From Takakia lepidozioides (taxonomy: Eukaryota; Plantae; Bryophyta), in assembly GCA_030704615.1 (NCBI GenBank), contig CM060733.1:49414001-49478000 (forward strand): DNA of 64,000 bases, given 5' to 3'. The translations under genes and the position numbers were made by a program. The notes beneath the pieces were generated by a model, which saw only the letters and a list, made by a program, of their open reading frames with translations, was not told the DNA's origin and did not search any database. Below are positions 1 through 13,996 of this stretch, piece after piece (within the stretch, counting starts at the first letter, position 1; each line of letters opens with the position of its first letter).

Positions 1-3000
1 ACACTCGAGCCACACACTACAGCTGAAGTAACCACAGCCAAGTTGACGGACATTACCGTCCCCGGATGCATCAATATCCTCCTTGTTGACACCATTAGGC
101 ACTTTGAATTCTGTAATGACCTGCCCTACATCACAGCACCTTCTCAGATTCTGAAGTCCACATGCATGATATAATTGACAAGGTGTACATCGCTCCCATC
201 TCAAGGCCTCAATAGGACAAATGGGATTGCATAGGTCGCAACTGCAAGATTCTGCAGTATCTCTTAGAACAGATAACTGAGAGTAATTTTTCCGTTGACC
301 ATGTGCAGCTAAAACAAAAACTAATCCAATACCAATGTGCACCCTGGGGAAAAAAGAATGGAAAACTGAAAATAAGACACTACCACCCACCTTCATGTCT
401 TGCAGTGTGAGCTCATGGCCTGCAAATGTGGCCTTACCAGTCTTCTCAAATGCCATAATCTCAGCAAGTGTCATGCTCTTCACCTCCTTCGCCACTGGCC
501 CCATTGCCTTACCTAGTCTTTTTCCTAAACGACTGCACCCCATTCATAAGTTCATTCCCTTTAAGAGACAGCATGGCCCCAAGCCTCTTGTAATCTCTCA
601 AGACTTCAACAACACTGTCCACTAAACTACTTGCTTGAGTTACTTGCATGTGTGCACCAGCAGAAGGTTGCCACAGCACTGTGAGCTAAAGCAGTGAGGA
701 GACTGCAAATTGCGTGTTCGCCTGAATATCTCTGCTTGCTGTCTCCGAAGTCAACTCATATATAAACATAAAACCAACAGGTGAATCTACACAAGAAAAT
801 AGTACCTGAAATCAGGCTCTGCCCGTAGCGATGCATACTTGAGAGGGTCATTACATGCCACTATGCCTCGGACATTGAGCTCTTCTAGCACATACTGTCA
901 TCACACACCCCAGTTGTACCATTGCTCAACTAAGACGCGTGATCTCTGCAGTTGGTTAAACTACAGGTCTTTATCAGCAAATGGACAAGAAGTAACATAA
1001 TGGCTACGATAGTACGACTTTGCTGTAGCACTTTCATATGTGGATTGACCAAGCCATGTATGCAGTAGGTCAGTCCTACAAACACTTTCTACAGAGCTGC
1101 TGAATAAGGAAGGTACCTCGCTGAGCTGACCAGTGATGTCATCTAGGAAATCAGCATCAGAATGCACCACCACCATCTCCCTGCATCCCACCCCCCATCA
1201 TCACTTAATGTCACAATCAGATGTTAAACGCAAATGAACCAGAATATTTTCAGGTTCCTTACCACCAGGTTACGAGTCACCTACCTAAGAGGAGTCTTGA
1301 GTGGTTTATTGTGCCGCTCCCGAATATTACGGGCAAGATCAATTACTGTCATCATGCGTGCAACACTTTGCTCAATGCGCCTGTCAGTCTGGACCCACAC
1401 CCAGCTCCACACCCACCTTGATTAAGTGGTGTCTCATAAACAAAGAATGTGAGCTTCTTGTGTGGGTAGTCTCTTCAATGGTTTACTAGGGTGCTTTTCA
1501 TCCAAAGACTGACCAGACTTCTACCATATTCAAAACACTGCCAGAAGTTTCTGCACCATTATTGTGAGGTTGACTAGTGCGTCCTATCTTAAACTAAGAA
1601 ATAACCGGTATGGACGGTATGGACGGTATGGTCCTAGAAATGTTAGAATATGCTGTCAAACAGTACCTGGCCCTCCACCTCTGGAAAAGGGCAATAGTGC
1701 ACACTTTCCTCGGACTCAAATAGGACTCGACGCAAGTTCTGGTACATCCCTTCTGTGAAGAAGGGCGTAAATGGTGCCATGGTTTTGCATGTTGTCAACA
1801 ATACCTGCTCCCAGCCCTTTTATTCTCACTTCAAGAATCCAACAGCACATACCATACAAATTTTACTTTCCTACCACCCTTTTGGTAATGCTGATGATGA
1901 AGTCATCCACCTTACTGAACCAGATATATATCAAAGAGGAACAGGAAATCACAGCAATTCATGTTGCACAACTGTAGAACACCATGAGTTAAGCCAAATA
2001 CTTACTGAATGAACTAATCACATATCACAGAGTTCCAAAAAACTCAAAAAGAACATCGGACTCACATAGTAAAGGGTGGACAAAGCTATGCGGCTGTCAT
2101 CTTCCCCAGTACGACCTTTCAACCGTTTGCGATTAAATCGCACATAGATGTTGGTCAAATTGTCAATGAACTTAAGTAGGAATGGAACGACCTGTACCAT
2201 CCCTTCCAGTTCTCAGGTCAGCAACAGCTACATTGATCTCAGTGACATAAGAAAATCAATCAAGAACAAGTGAAGTGAAACATCAAAGTATGTCTTGTGA
2301 AGTGAAAACATTTATGACAAACCGTGTAGAGCCGATATGCTTCCATCTCTTGCCGTACAAGCAATACAAGGCTCTGGCTTGCTGAGGTAATCCAGCGGTC
2401 CAAAACATTGGTAGATTGTTGGAGAATGCTAAGCTCCAACGGCTTGAAAGGTGCCAGCCCTTCGATTTCCAGTCGAAGTGCATTCTGCACTAAAAACCTG
2501 TACGCATTGTACCATGGCAGAAACACATCCTTCACCTGCCACACAATCCCAGAGGTCGTCTCCCCGTGAGCACCATCATCACCAAGTTTGCAATCTCTGC
2601 TCCTTTGCACGACTGCTTGCAAACTAGCTCAAGAAACAATGCAACAAGGTAACTATCCCAAATAGAGATGTCGTGCAAGTTAGTGAAGCTTTGTGTAGTT
2701 CTAGGAATTTACCACGGCATACACTCCCTCTTTCTTGAATCTCAATGGCTCTCCTCGCACTACTGGAGAGTTGATCAGATATAGCCTGAGAGCATCCTGC
2801 ACACACATTAAACCTTCATTACTTGTCTTCCTCTTGACAGCTCAAAGTCAATGACCTCCACATCTTCTACACACCAAAAGGTACCAGTACACCCATACTA
2901 ATGCAATCATACATTCAAGTGAAGTAAGGAAAGCTAGGAACTAAGAAATGTGCCAGAATAACACTTACAGCCCCATATTCGTCAATGACGCCAGTGGGAG

Positions 3001-6000
3001 ATGGATAATTATTCAGGCGCTTGCTCATCTTTTTGCCATCATCAGCCAACACCAGCCCGTTGCAAATAAGATTCTTGAATGCTGGTTTGTCAAACAATGC
3101 TGTCGCCAACACCATAAGAGTGTAGAACCTGCCATGCCCATGCACTTGTATCAAACCCTCCCTCCCTCTCTATTGAACATGCACATGCACATGCATCCAG
3201 CTATAACAAGACAGCAGGACACAACTCTTCAGAAAGAGGCCATACCATCCACGGGTCTGATCAAGACCTTCTGCAACAAAGTGACCAGGAAAGTTGCGCT
3301 CAAATAGCTCTTGATTCTCAAACGGATAGTGAATATAACCATATGGCATTGATCCACTCTCAAACCAGCAATCAAACACCTGCATCCAGGCCATTCTTTT
3401 AGCAGATTATGTCAGGAAGAGAGAAAATATCTTCAAAGGGTGTTTGATTCTCAGGCATTGCAAGAAGAGTTGGTTCTCACACCCTGTGGATGGAGACACG
3501 ACTTTGGAGTACAAATCCTCTAGGTTAGAACTGTCTGTATCACACAGGATGTAGAGACACAGTGAGCAGTACATATTCTGTTAGTACCACCCAGTAGAAA
3601 CAGAGTACCAATTTATTTTCCTGTTTTACATATTAAAGATCTAAGACAGATATCATTGTCCATTTAGCGGCTTCCAGTCTTTGTTCAGTTTTAAGGAGCT
3701 GAAGTGCCTGGCAGCTTACCTGCAAGAAGAACTTCATCTCAGGCATTGTTGGATATTTTGAAGTGGTTTCTTGTTGTTCTACCTTGTCCCATAGGCACTA
3801 GAGGCTCTTTCATTGTGGGGAAAATGGGAAACATCACAAATTCTCCTCTCTCTCTCTCTCTCTCTGTGGCTCTGGGGTTTTTAGTTTCCTCTCTCATGTT
3901 TTCTTCCATTTTGTCCCATAGGCTCTATGAGCTTTCCGCAGATGTTATAAAGCACCATTTCATTTCATTTCTCTCTCTCTCTGGCTCTGGAGAATTAGTT
4001 CCCCACGGGGTCTATGGCTGTAAGGCCAACATTTGCAGGGAATGGCATGAATTACACTCTCTGCTCTTTTGGGGCCTAGTTATTGGGCAAACCACACACG
4101 GCAGGTTGATGCTTGTGTAAAGGGATTTCTAGAGGATATCTGGGAAACCCGGATCAATTGTTTATTCCAAGGTAAGTCTTACTACTGGCGTCAGCCCCTG
4201 ACAAAGGTAGGTTCCGTCTCTTTGTGTTCCGCTCAAACTGGGCGCAGGGTCAATAGCCGCAAGGCTATGGAAAACATCGTCATATGAGTACATTCTCTCT
4301 CTCACACACACAACCGAAGCAAAGTTTTTTGCTTCCAGGTCACTTGTTGAGAAGTGACACAGCTAGTTCTGTCAATTCTAGGCAACAAGGATCAAGTACA
4401 AGAAGGTACATGACTCCTCCTAGAACTATAGGTTACACCATCACGCTAAGGCCATAGTCTCCAGGGGATACCAATGCTTCCCAGGGTCAGTTTCAGGACT
4501 TCAAAACACTAGTGTCTGGCAATTCAGCAAACAATCGCCATGAAGGCCACATGAAACTCACATCATCGACGCGTTTAAGAGGCCCAAACTCCGGACCCCG
4601 CCTAGAGGGAATGGTAATGTGATCAATGTGATGCCGGTGCAGATCTGTTGCCTGTCATTTGTACCAGAAATCAATATCAAAGTTAGGCTTGACAAAGCTA
4701 ATAATCTAGTTTGACTCATCGCCTGCCTTGTGCCAACATGACTATCCACCAATCATGCAACAGGAATGCTTCAAAGTGCAAGCCCATGTCCCTAGGAGAA
4801 TAGAAGTAAAAATGTCAGCACACCTTGAATCCAGAGAGCTCCTCCAGCTCTTGAATGGAGCCCACCACAACCATCTCTTCACCATCCTCACTCAACCAAA
4901 TGGGCAATGGTGTACCCCAGAACCGACTACGACTAACTGACCAGTCCCTAGCATTCTCCAGCCAATTGTGAAATCTCTTTTCCTGCCACCCCAGAACAAG
5001 TAGAAATGAGAGCAGAAAAGACTCAGGTATTACAAGTTCAGAATATTGAAGACATTTTTAGAACAAGGGAGTATACTTCCTGCTTAATTTGCTTTCAAGA
5101 AGAGCAAATGCACAAGTCCTCAATTGGAGATGCAAACTATCACACAAGCCCTGGTGGGTAGATCCTACTTGTGGCATTACAATTCATCACTGCATCATAC
5201 CTTCAGCCACTAGTCACCACTTCAGAGTGGATAGAGGACCTGATTCTAAGACCAATGGATAGATTCTGTGTACATTAAAGATTGCAAGCATGCGAGAACC
5301 AATCACATTTCTCTCTTCCAAAAAAGTAGCAGGGGAGTAGATTGTAAATCTTCACATTCCTTTACAAATCCAGAAAAGAGAAGATTCTATTCTTTCAATG
5401 TTTGGAAATCTTCCTCAATTGCCACATGCCAATGCCAAAACCCAGCTTGCCTACCCATCTAAGCTTCATGTAAGCAACTGAGATGGAAATAAGGAAGGCA
5501 AACCTTGACAGAATCGGGGACCCAATAGGTTTGTTTGTTGTTTTCCACCAGCCTATCTTTGAACTTCTCCACGGCTACATACCTTTGTAACAAGTACACG
5601 CCTCCTCTTAGTGCAATTAAAGTGCAGATGAATGCTAGTATTAACTTTGACAAGTTTAGGACAAACAACAAATGCTTTTAGATAAGTGTTGGTATGCACT
5701 GTACAAGTTATTATGGATATCTTGAGCAACACCGTGCAGCACAAGATCAGGATTTCCACCGAAAACATCTTTGACTTTGATCTATACTCCTATTTCTGCC
5801 TGCCCAACTCTCTGAATGTTGTGTTGAGTGTCCTAACCCCTAACAGTGACAAATTTTGTCTAGTCATGTAAGGCAGATCACTTGCTCAAAAGTATTCAGG
5901 TTGAGGCACACTCTTTTAGTCACAGAGTGGCTCGTATCTTCTATCCTCCACCCTCTTCTATAGGAGATATAGAAATGAGGCTGAATGCTGTTTGACAAAG

Positions 6001-8715
6001 ACAAGTAGATAGGAGGATTACCAGCTGGGGACCACCTTGTAGATGAGTGGAGTCTCAGATCGCCAACAGAAGGGATATGAATGAACAATGCTGCCTGCGT
6101 TTACTAGCCGGCCCATGGCCTACACTCAAGGTGCAAACTCCCATTCGGTTATCTCAAATGGAGTGTTAACCTAAACTCTCTACTCTTATATCAAAGCAGG
6201 GACATCAAACTAAGCAATCTTCACAACACAGGTGTTGTGAGTTTGTTCGTACTCCCACTCTGCATTGACCCTCACCATTCGCATGAATAACCCAGCTCTA
6301 CAAGTCTACCACATGATTACACAAGCCCCAAGCAAAAGGCAAAAAGAGATTATGAGTAGGCATTGCCCTAAGGGAAAGATACTTCAACCAATGTTTCAGC
6401 TCAGAGCTAAGAAATTGAACACAAGGTGAACCCACCTTGATGGCAGAAATTATATCCTTGTCTGCTTCCTTCACATATCGGCCTTTAAAATCAGTGACCT
6501 CATCTGTGAAGTTGCCATCGCCATCAACTGGATTTGGTAGTTTCAAACCCTGCCTCCACACAACATAAACCTCTGTAACAATGGATCATCACCTTTCAGC
6601 TCACATATCACTCATGGGAGTACAAAAAATGAGAATGTATGTTCGCACCACCCCCACATGGCCAGAACAAAGACAGTTAAGAGGGTTGATATTTACTACA
6701 CATGACAGTCCAACTTCAGTTTATACACAGCAGAATTTTGGCAAGAAGACATAGAGCGCACCTTTTGGATGATGCCAGCCTGCAAGCACACGCGGTAGTC
6801 GTCCTCTCCAAAAGCAGGTGCACAATGCACTACCCCCGTACCACTAATATCAGTTACGTAGTTGTCTGCCACAACCTTAAAGGCCACATCGGAGAGCTCT
6901 AAAAAATACCCAAATAAAGGTTTGTACCTGCATTTGCATCCCTGAGTTAGTCAAAACATTTGGTCGAGTTATAGGAGAAAGGAAGCACAATTTATAGACC
7001 TACATCTTAGAGAAGAAGGAACTGGCATAACATGGGGTGACTCACTTCTTGCCAACCAAGTCACTACCCTTGCACTGGCCCATGACTTCATAAGTGCTGA
7101 CGTCAACAGCTGTGTTAGTCCCCTCTTTATTGCTGTGGTTGTCGCCCTTTTTGGCAGCACCCTTAACTTTGGGGACACTCCCATTTGTTACATCTCCCTT
7201 CGCCTTAGTACTTGGAAGTTGGGACAACCGTGATTCTGCCACAATGTAGATCGCCCCTGTTGTTCTGTGCTTGACCTGCATTCAGCCACAGCCTGTGTGA
7301 TCAGCTTCCCCTGGCCTGCTGCTATAGAAAAACTCAAACACGCAGCCTCCACTGAGACTATTTTAAACAACCACAAGAGTGTTGGCAACACCGCCCCCCC
7401 CCCCCCGTCTCAACTCAGAAAGAAAAACCTACATGAGATCAGTGAACAGTAAATCTACCCACCCCAAACTTGCCATTCCTCAAAATGGCAAACATGTATC
7501 CGGGAACAAACCTTGGAATAGGTCAAACCTCCATTCACACAGAGGCACAAGTTGCTCGGGAGAGTCCAGGGAGTGGTGGTCCAGGCCACCATGGCAGCAC
7601 CATCTGCATCGTCAACCAGTGGGAAAGCCACCATCACTGCTGGATCTGAAACATCCTGCAAATCCCCTCCCCTCCCTGTTAGCCACTCTTGCATACACTA
7701 AAGTTGAGTTACAAAAGCTTCATTTCCCTGCATACAACTCCCAATACTGTCAAGGTCTAAAACCCTGAACCTAAAACCTCTAAGCACTGATCCAAGCACT
7801 GAAGACCATGCCTAAGATGGTTCCCAACTTCCTCTGACAGGAGGAAATAAGAAGAAAGGGCGTGTCAATGCTTAATAAACGCACCTTGTAATTGAGACCC
7901 ATCTCGAAATTGGACAATTCCGTCTTGCAGCCAGTGCTATAGGGCATCACCTGCCAATATCCCCTTCAAATTAGTATCCAAGCATAAACCCCATTTTCGT
8001 CCTGACTGCTACATCTCTCAACCCAAAAGCTGTTGTCAGACGGACTTTCCATGGTAGATCAAAAAGGGGAAGTTGGCTGCAAATTGTCAAGAAGTGACAA
8101 TGAAGTGATCTGAAAACCTTAAACCCTGACCATAGCCACAGAAAAAAACGTAGTTACAAAAAGTGAGTGATACGAAGATACCTTCAAACCTCTGTAAACA
8201 AGACCCTTCCGATGGAGTTGCTTGAACACCCACCAGACAGATTCCATAAATTTGGGGTCCATCGTCTTGTAGTCATTCTCAAAGTCAATCCAGCGGCCCA
8301 TGCGGGTAATAGTTTTTTCCCACTCTTTGCTATAACGCATCACAATGCTGCGACACTCCTCATTGTACTTGCCAATCCCCAAGTCTATCACCTCTTGCCT
8401 TGTCTTTATTCCCAATTTCTTATCAATCTCGAATTCAACGGGGAGCCCGTGACAGTCCCACCCAAACCGTCGGGTCACATGATGGCCTACTGCGGTCTGG
8501 AATCTCGTCACGCTATCCTTGATAGTCCCAGCCAAAATATGGCCATAGTGAGGTAACCCAGTTGCAAAGGGAGGTCCATCATAGAAGATGTACTCGGGCT
8601 TGCCTTCGCTGCGCTTCAACTGGGTATGAAAAGCATCCAGCTGCTGCCACAGTGCCAAGATCTTCTCCTCCTGCTGTGGAAATGAATACTCCTTCCCCTC
8701 ACAAATCTCCTCCAT
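1..8715 (-). CDS. IleRS: Cytosolic isoleucyl-tRNA synthetase, multi-exon, 3' end beyond left window edge
   Basis: ATG 8715. Exon 1 (8715-8182) has [16 protein letters not shown] (HIGH motif) and [11 protein letters not shown]. Later exons: [12 protein letters not shown] (7655-7512), [15 protein letters not shown] (6927-6762), [16 protein letters not shown] (~4982-4823), [13 protein letters not shown]...EGLDQTRGW (~3379-3246), DGKKMSKR (KMSKS motif, ~3128-2969), anticodon-domain exons down to ~57. Checked junctions are GT-AG and in frame. Confidence 0.97.
3867..3980 (+). mobile_element. 3'-end fragment of non-LTR retroposon family A with (CATTT)n/(CT)n tail, in IleRS intron
   Basis: Near-identical to 41736-41840, the 3' end of the LINE fragment; lies between (CT)n runs. 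Confidence 0.7.
3990..4303 (+). mobile_element. 5'-truncated non-LTR retrotransposon (family B) 3' end, in IleRS intron
   Basis: Residual ORF ending [16 protein letters not shown] resembles a LINE ORF2 C-terminus. 3' part matches the reverse complement of 12274-12364 and ~23040-23130. Ends gagtacatt(ct)n. Confidence 0.6.
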
Positions 8716-9677
8716 GTGTAAGCTCGGATTCCCGAGAAATTCTGTGGCACTGATAAGCGTTTAGGAAATCCACACCACCACCACCACTCTTTCTCCGCAC
8801 CTCTTCCTTGGCCACCACGCTTTGACGGCGTTGGTCTAGTCCTATGGACGATGGCCGCTATACTGCTAACCGAAAATGAAATGCCTGCTACAAATGTTCC
8901 GTTCTCGTTCGCGTTTAAGGGTTCATTGGTCACATTGCTGTCTTTCGCTTAGACTTGATTAGCAAACGTATTAGCATTGCCTTTGTGGCTTAACTTAGTG
9001 ATGGGTCATTAGCGTTTCTCTCACCACCTATCATGAGAAGGAAAGCAGCTCATGATGGGTTGTTAGTTGTGAATGAGCATCACACTATCTTCCACGAGCT
9101 TGTTTTATGAACTATCTGCAGCCTAATTGAAAGCTTTTTCGGTATCACGAAATCTTCTACCAGATCTAAGATGCTTGAATGCTCAACCGCAGCTTTGATT
9201 TCGTGAATCATCCAACCCCATCACTGAGATATATGTTTCTGTGCATAGAATGTTTTCATATGTAAATGCTGGGAACTGTGGTTACGACATTCACTTTACA
9301 TTGGATGAAGTATGTGGAAAATTTACAAGTCAAAATCTATGGCAAGCTAACTGCCGATAACTGTCCCAGTCGGAATGGGCTTCTCATGTCAAGTTATAAA
9401 ATTTTGAAAAGATTCATCGCCAGTTTGAATCCGAACACTTCGTTTTTCTGGAAGGCACTGGTGTGTACTGTTGAGGATGGGGCATTTCCATTTGCATTTC
9501 ATGTATAGGTAGTCAGGTTGCAGTCCGGTAGTTGTTGTTGCTTCTGCTCTTTCCTTCTTCTTTCTTGCCTTCCAAGATTTTGGGGTCTTTCTTTGCTTCC
9601 ATCTGGAGCTGTTTTCTCTACCTTCTTTCTTGCCTTTCGTTAGGTGGGCGGCGTGAGAGAGGCTTGTGACTGTAGCC

Positions 9678-12600
9678 ATGAGCAGCATTGGCACTGGGGT
9701 AGGTGGACTCCAACCTTGTCGATTACGAACAGATGGAAACAGATGGTGGGTCTGAATTCTTGCTTGTTATAAAGTACCAATTCATTTCATTGCTTCTTTC
9801 TTGTCTTTTCGTCAGGTGGGTATGAAGTTTGAGAGTGCAGCCATGACCAGCGGGGCACTTGGTGGTAGCTGGACTCTAGCCTTGTCATTGAGAAAACATG
9901 GAAAGAGGTGGGCTGTTGCCACCGAGAGTAGCAGCAGGGTGTGAGGATTGTTGCTATGTTATGAGTGCTGCAGTTGTCGTTCAAATCAATTTGCAAATCA
10001 AGCTTCAGTCCGAATTTAAGGTCTGCCAGAAAGGAGAAGGCTTGGTGAGCAGGTCTAATGGAGTGGGCATGGTGGTGGGAAGGATGTGGCAGTATGACTT
10101 GTCGGTCACCACCTTCTCCCCGGATGGCCGTGTCTTTCAAATTGAGTATGCCACCAAAGCGATCGACAACAGCGGGTAAACACAGTTCTATTCTCGTGTT
10201 TTGCGTTGCTCCAGTGGTTGACAGGAACGATGGTAGATTAGCCATAGGAATTGTAACGAACTAGTTATTGAGTGCTTTGATTATGGAAAATTACCAGTCC
10301 TGCCTTCTCGTTGTGAAGTAGGCAAGTCAGAAGCACTAGCTAACCACGTGTACAATGTACCTGGCCTCCTGTTTGTTGTATTATCCTGTCTGAAGAATTT
10401 GATAAGACTGTGAGAGGTGCCTTCTCCTTTTTAACGCATAAAGGTTAACAGTTAGACTAAGCTGGGGACTGGATCCTTCATACTTTTTCACAAGTGAAAA
10501 CAGTCCAATAGAGCACAATCATTGCAGGCCACTGGTTCTCAATCGACTTTTGGGAACCCAATGGAATAGAAAGTTTTGATGAATCCCACTTCAAATGTCT
10601 GTGACGCACTATGCATTAGAGAGCTCACAGGTTGATGTGGTGGATGCACAGTACGGTGGTGGGGATCCGGTGCAAGGATGGTGTTGTTCTGGTATGGCCC
10701 TCTTCTCCCATATCCACGGTGGCCTCCTTTAAAGCCTGTATGGATGTCCTTTTCTTTCAGCGCTTCTTCTTCTCTCAAACCATCAGAGACAGGATTGTGG
10801 CAAAAGACCACATGGCTCAATAATTTGTCACTATGTTAGCATGGGGTTGCGATTGTAGGGTGTCGAGAAACTGATCTCTTCAAAGATGCTCTTGGAAGGC
10901 TCCAACCGCAGAATCCATGCAGTGCATCGGCATGCCGGCATGGTGAGCAGTCCCAAGCTCCCTGAATGTTGTAATCTGCTGCACTTTGCATCATTGGAGA
11001 TATAGTAGCTGTAGCAGCAATTTGAGTGGAATGTTCCGTTCTCTTCAATGAACACATGATGAATCTGGACATGCAGCCACGTCTGGATTTCCAGGTGCTC
11101 TTTAGAGATTGAGGTATGATTTGTGATTATGAATGCCTCATTGGTGGTGTTCGGTGAGGAATTCCAGAGAGAGCTGAGTTTGTAAGGTAACATGGCTGGG
11201 AGGCATGCAGGCAATGGCAGGGTTGGCTTCTGATGGCAGGCAAATTGTGACTCGAGCACGTTCTGAGGCCTCCAATTACCTCAGGTTGGTTCTATAAGCC
11301 AATGGCATTCTTCTAAATGTATGGATGGTTTGGCGTAAGGAACAACATGTTGGGGACAAGAACAGGATCATATCAGGATATATATGTTGAAGATTAGTGG
11401 GGAAGTAATGGAGCGTATTCTTACAGATTGTAGGCCAAAGTAGCACCCGGGGAGGAAAGATTAAGGTACGTTGATGACAGCAGGGAGAGAGACAAGGAGA
11501 GAGGAAGAGCCATAAGTTGTATTAAATAAGCTCACTGAATGTCTGCAAGAACAGAACGTCTACAGTAGACAAAATCTTGAGAACCAGTCGACTTTCCTTT
11601 GCAGCTTTTATGGAGAGGAGGTGCCAATCAAGGAACTAAGTGACCGGGTCGCACACTATGCACATCTGTGCACGCTCTACTGGTGGCTCAGGTTTGAACC
11701 TGCTTCATGCAATTTGTATCTGAAATGTATAATTCTCTGGAGGCTTGTTCATTGTATGTTTACTGAGGATGCCCCAGAAAGAATGTAGTACAGCTGGCCA
11801 GCTGGTAGAGAGTTAAATGGTAACAAGTGCGTTAAGGGAGAGAAGAACAGAAAGCAGTTATGACTGCCTATCATGTCATGTCTTCAGCTCTTGCAAAATG
11901 AGCAGTTCTGCATCGTTGTCAAGTGTAGAGGTGTGTTTCTTTGCTGGTTTTGGATGCAGACCTTTTGGGACATCAGCGATTCTGGGGGGTTATGACAGAG
12001 ATGGTCCTCAACTATATTTGATCGATCCCTCTGGTGTTTCTCATGTAGTTTCCTCACCCTCCTTTCCCAGCATGAGCATGAGTTTTGTGTGCACTTTCAC
12101 TTGTTGGGGCTTCTCTAAACTGTCTCTTTGTCCCACAATAAGAGGGGGGTGAACAAGCCTATATCAATTTTTGTGGAAGGTTTCCAGAGAGAGAGAGATG
12201 GCGCCAACCAAAGTCAGCATAAATAAGAGCCTCTCCCCCTTATAAGGTTTCCCAAAGTGTGCTGAGAGAGAGATTGTACTCATAAGACGTTGTTTGCCGT
12301 AGCCTTGTGGCCATTGACCCCGCGCCCGGTTTGAGTGGGAACAAAAGGGACAGAACCTACCTCTGTGTGCTGAGAGAGAGAGAGCATGTTGAATGGCGGG
12401 TGCAGCGTTACTTTGGAGCAGCAATTGGGAAGGGCCGGCAAGCTGCCAAAACGTACATCCATTTGCCCTCCCTTGACTAAAGAATTACTTGACTCGGTCT
12501 CCAGTATCGGGCATCTGTAAACCTATTTCAAGTGTCCCACATTCTTCTGATGTCTCTAAAGCAGTATGATGCAGTATTTGATGGTAAGGCCGTGTGGCCA

Positions 12601-13957
12601 GCACAGGGAAGTGGAGAAGTTGAAGCTCTCAGAGATGACCTGCCGACAAGGTGTTATTGCTGTTGCCAAAATGTAAGTCCTTGAGTTAGACTTAGTAGCT
12701 TCCCCTCATTCGTGATGTCGGAGGATGAAAGTGACGAAAGGCTGTGGGAGAAAGAAATGAAATGATAATTTACAACGTCCATGGGAAGCTCAAAGAGCTT
12801 ATGGGACAAGTGAAAGCATGAAACAAGAAATAGAGAGGGCCCTCCACAAGCAGCCCGAAGGGAAATGAAATGAAATGAACTGGGAATGAAGAGTGAAATG
12901 TTGGAGAATATCAAGACAGTGGGAAAATACTCATGAAATGGTAATAGAGTGGGTTGCCGAAAGGTTGGAAACTGATTGTCTTGGGCACTTCTGTCCTCCC
13001 CCACCTCAAAAAACCTACTCGCCTTTATCCTCTGTTATATTAGCTTATACAGTTCAAGGTTGCTCCCAGGCTTCAGTAGGATCCTGGGGAGGTTTAAGGA
13101 GGTATGGTTGGGTATGGCATGGATTGCAAACAGCATCTACGGAGTGCATGATGAGGTGAAAGATAAGGCATTTGAGCTAGAAATGAGCTGGATCTGCGAA
13201 GAAAGCAACCGTGAACACCAACGGGTCTGTTCCTTTCATTTGTCTACTTGTCTTGTTCAGATGCAATTCCATGTAAGCTGTTTCTGCAGTCTGTTTAGCT
13301 CCCCTATCTCGTGTGTAAGTAGTCGGCAGTGCAATCAGAGCCACTATTTCACATTGGAATTAACCAAAGGACTACATTCTTCTAGAGTGTAGAGTACTAG
13401 AGTGGGAGCTGTCAGATTAAGATGTGTGATATTCATTGAGGGAATGTTGGAACGAATATTTTCCTAGGCTGACATCAATATGAACCCCTCAACCAACATA
13501 GTCGTCAAACCCTTTCAGTTGTGGGCAGCATTGTTAACTCAGTAAGGCCAATTTGCGGTGCACATATTAATAGCTATCTCTCTCCTGTTCAGAACCAGCA
13601 CTCTCTTTGCCTGCACTTTTTTCATGTTACTGAGCAGATCCTAGAGACTATAGCTCTCAGGGAAATTGAAGAACTCCAGAATGACTGCCTTGTGACTTCT
13701 AAAGGCTTACTGGAGGATGGAAGTTCACTGTCAGTGGAAGATACTCCTGACCTTTAATGAACAGAGACTGAAGCATGCCATTACTCCATGGAACCAACGG
13801 GAAACAACCCATCAATAGGATCTGTGTAATTTTAAATGCATGCATGTACAAAGTGTTTACAGAAGGGGGTGAGGAAATTCAGGTGCCATTAGGTGTGCTG
13901 CATCAGGCAAAGGTTACTGCCAAAGCTGCACAGGACGAGGACATGGATGCTGATTAG
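9678..13957 (+). CDS. PAG1: 20S proteasome subunit alpha type-3 (alpha-7), 11 coding exons
   Basis: Exons translate MSSIGTG (9678-9698) / [28 protein letters not shown] / [13 protein letters not shown] / [28 protein letters not shown] / [13 protein letters not shown] / [29 protein letters not shown] / [19 protein letters not shown] / [15 protein letters not shown] / [15 protein letters not shown] / [19 protein letters not shown] / VPLG...DEDMDAD* (13883-13957). Confidence 0.97.
12274..12364 (-). mobile_element. 91-bp 5'-truncated retroposon (family B) with 17-bp target-site duplication
   Basis: Flanked by direct repeats gtgtgctgagagagaga (12257-12273 and 12365-12381); reverse complement matches ~4205-4303. 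Confidence 0.75.
12745..12880 (-). mobile_element. Diverged family-A retroposon 3' end with (CATTT)n tail
   Basis: Reverse complement cttgtcccataagctctttgagcttcccatggacgttgtaaattatcatttcatttc resembles 3910-3970 and 41775-41835; gaaat repeats. Confidence 0.5.
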
Positions 13958-13996
13958 CCAGGAGCTGTTGCATGTGAGGGGCCATTGTAACTAAGG

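Noticed and set aside
13521-13757. Identical 78-aa ORF also at 18733-18969, as a conserved small gene
   Set aside because: Intronic sequence, GTG start; identity is explained by the recent duplication.
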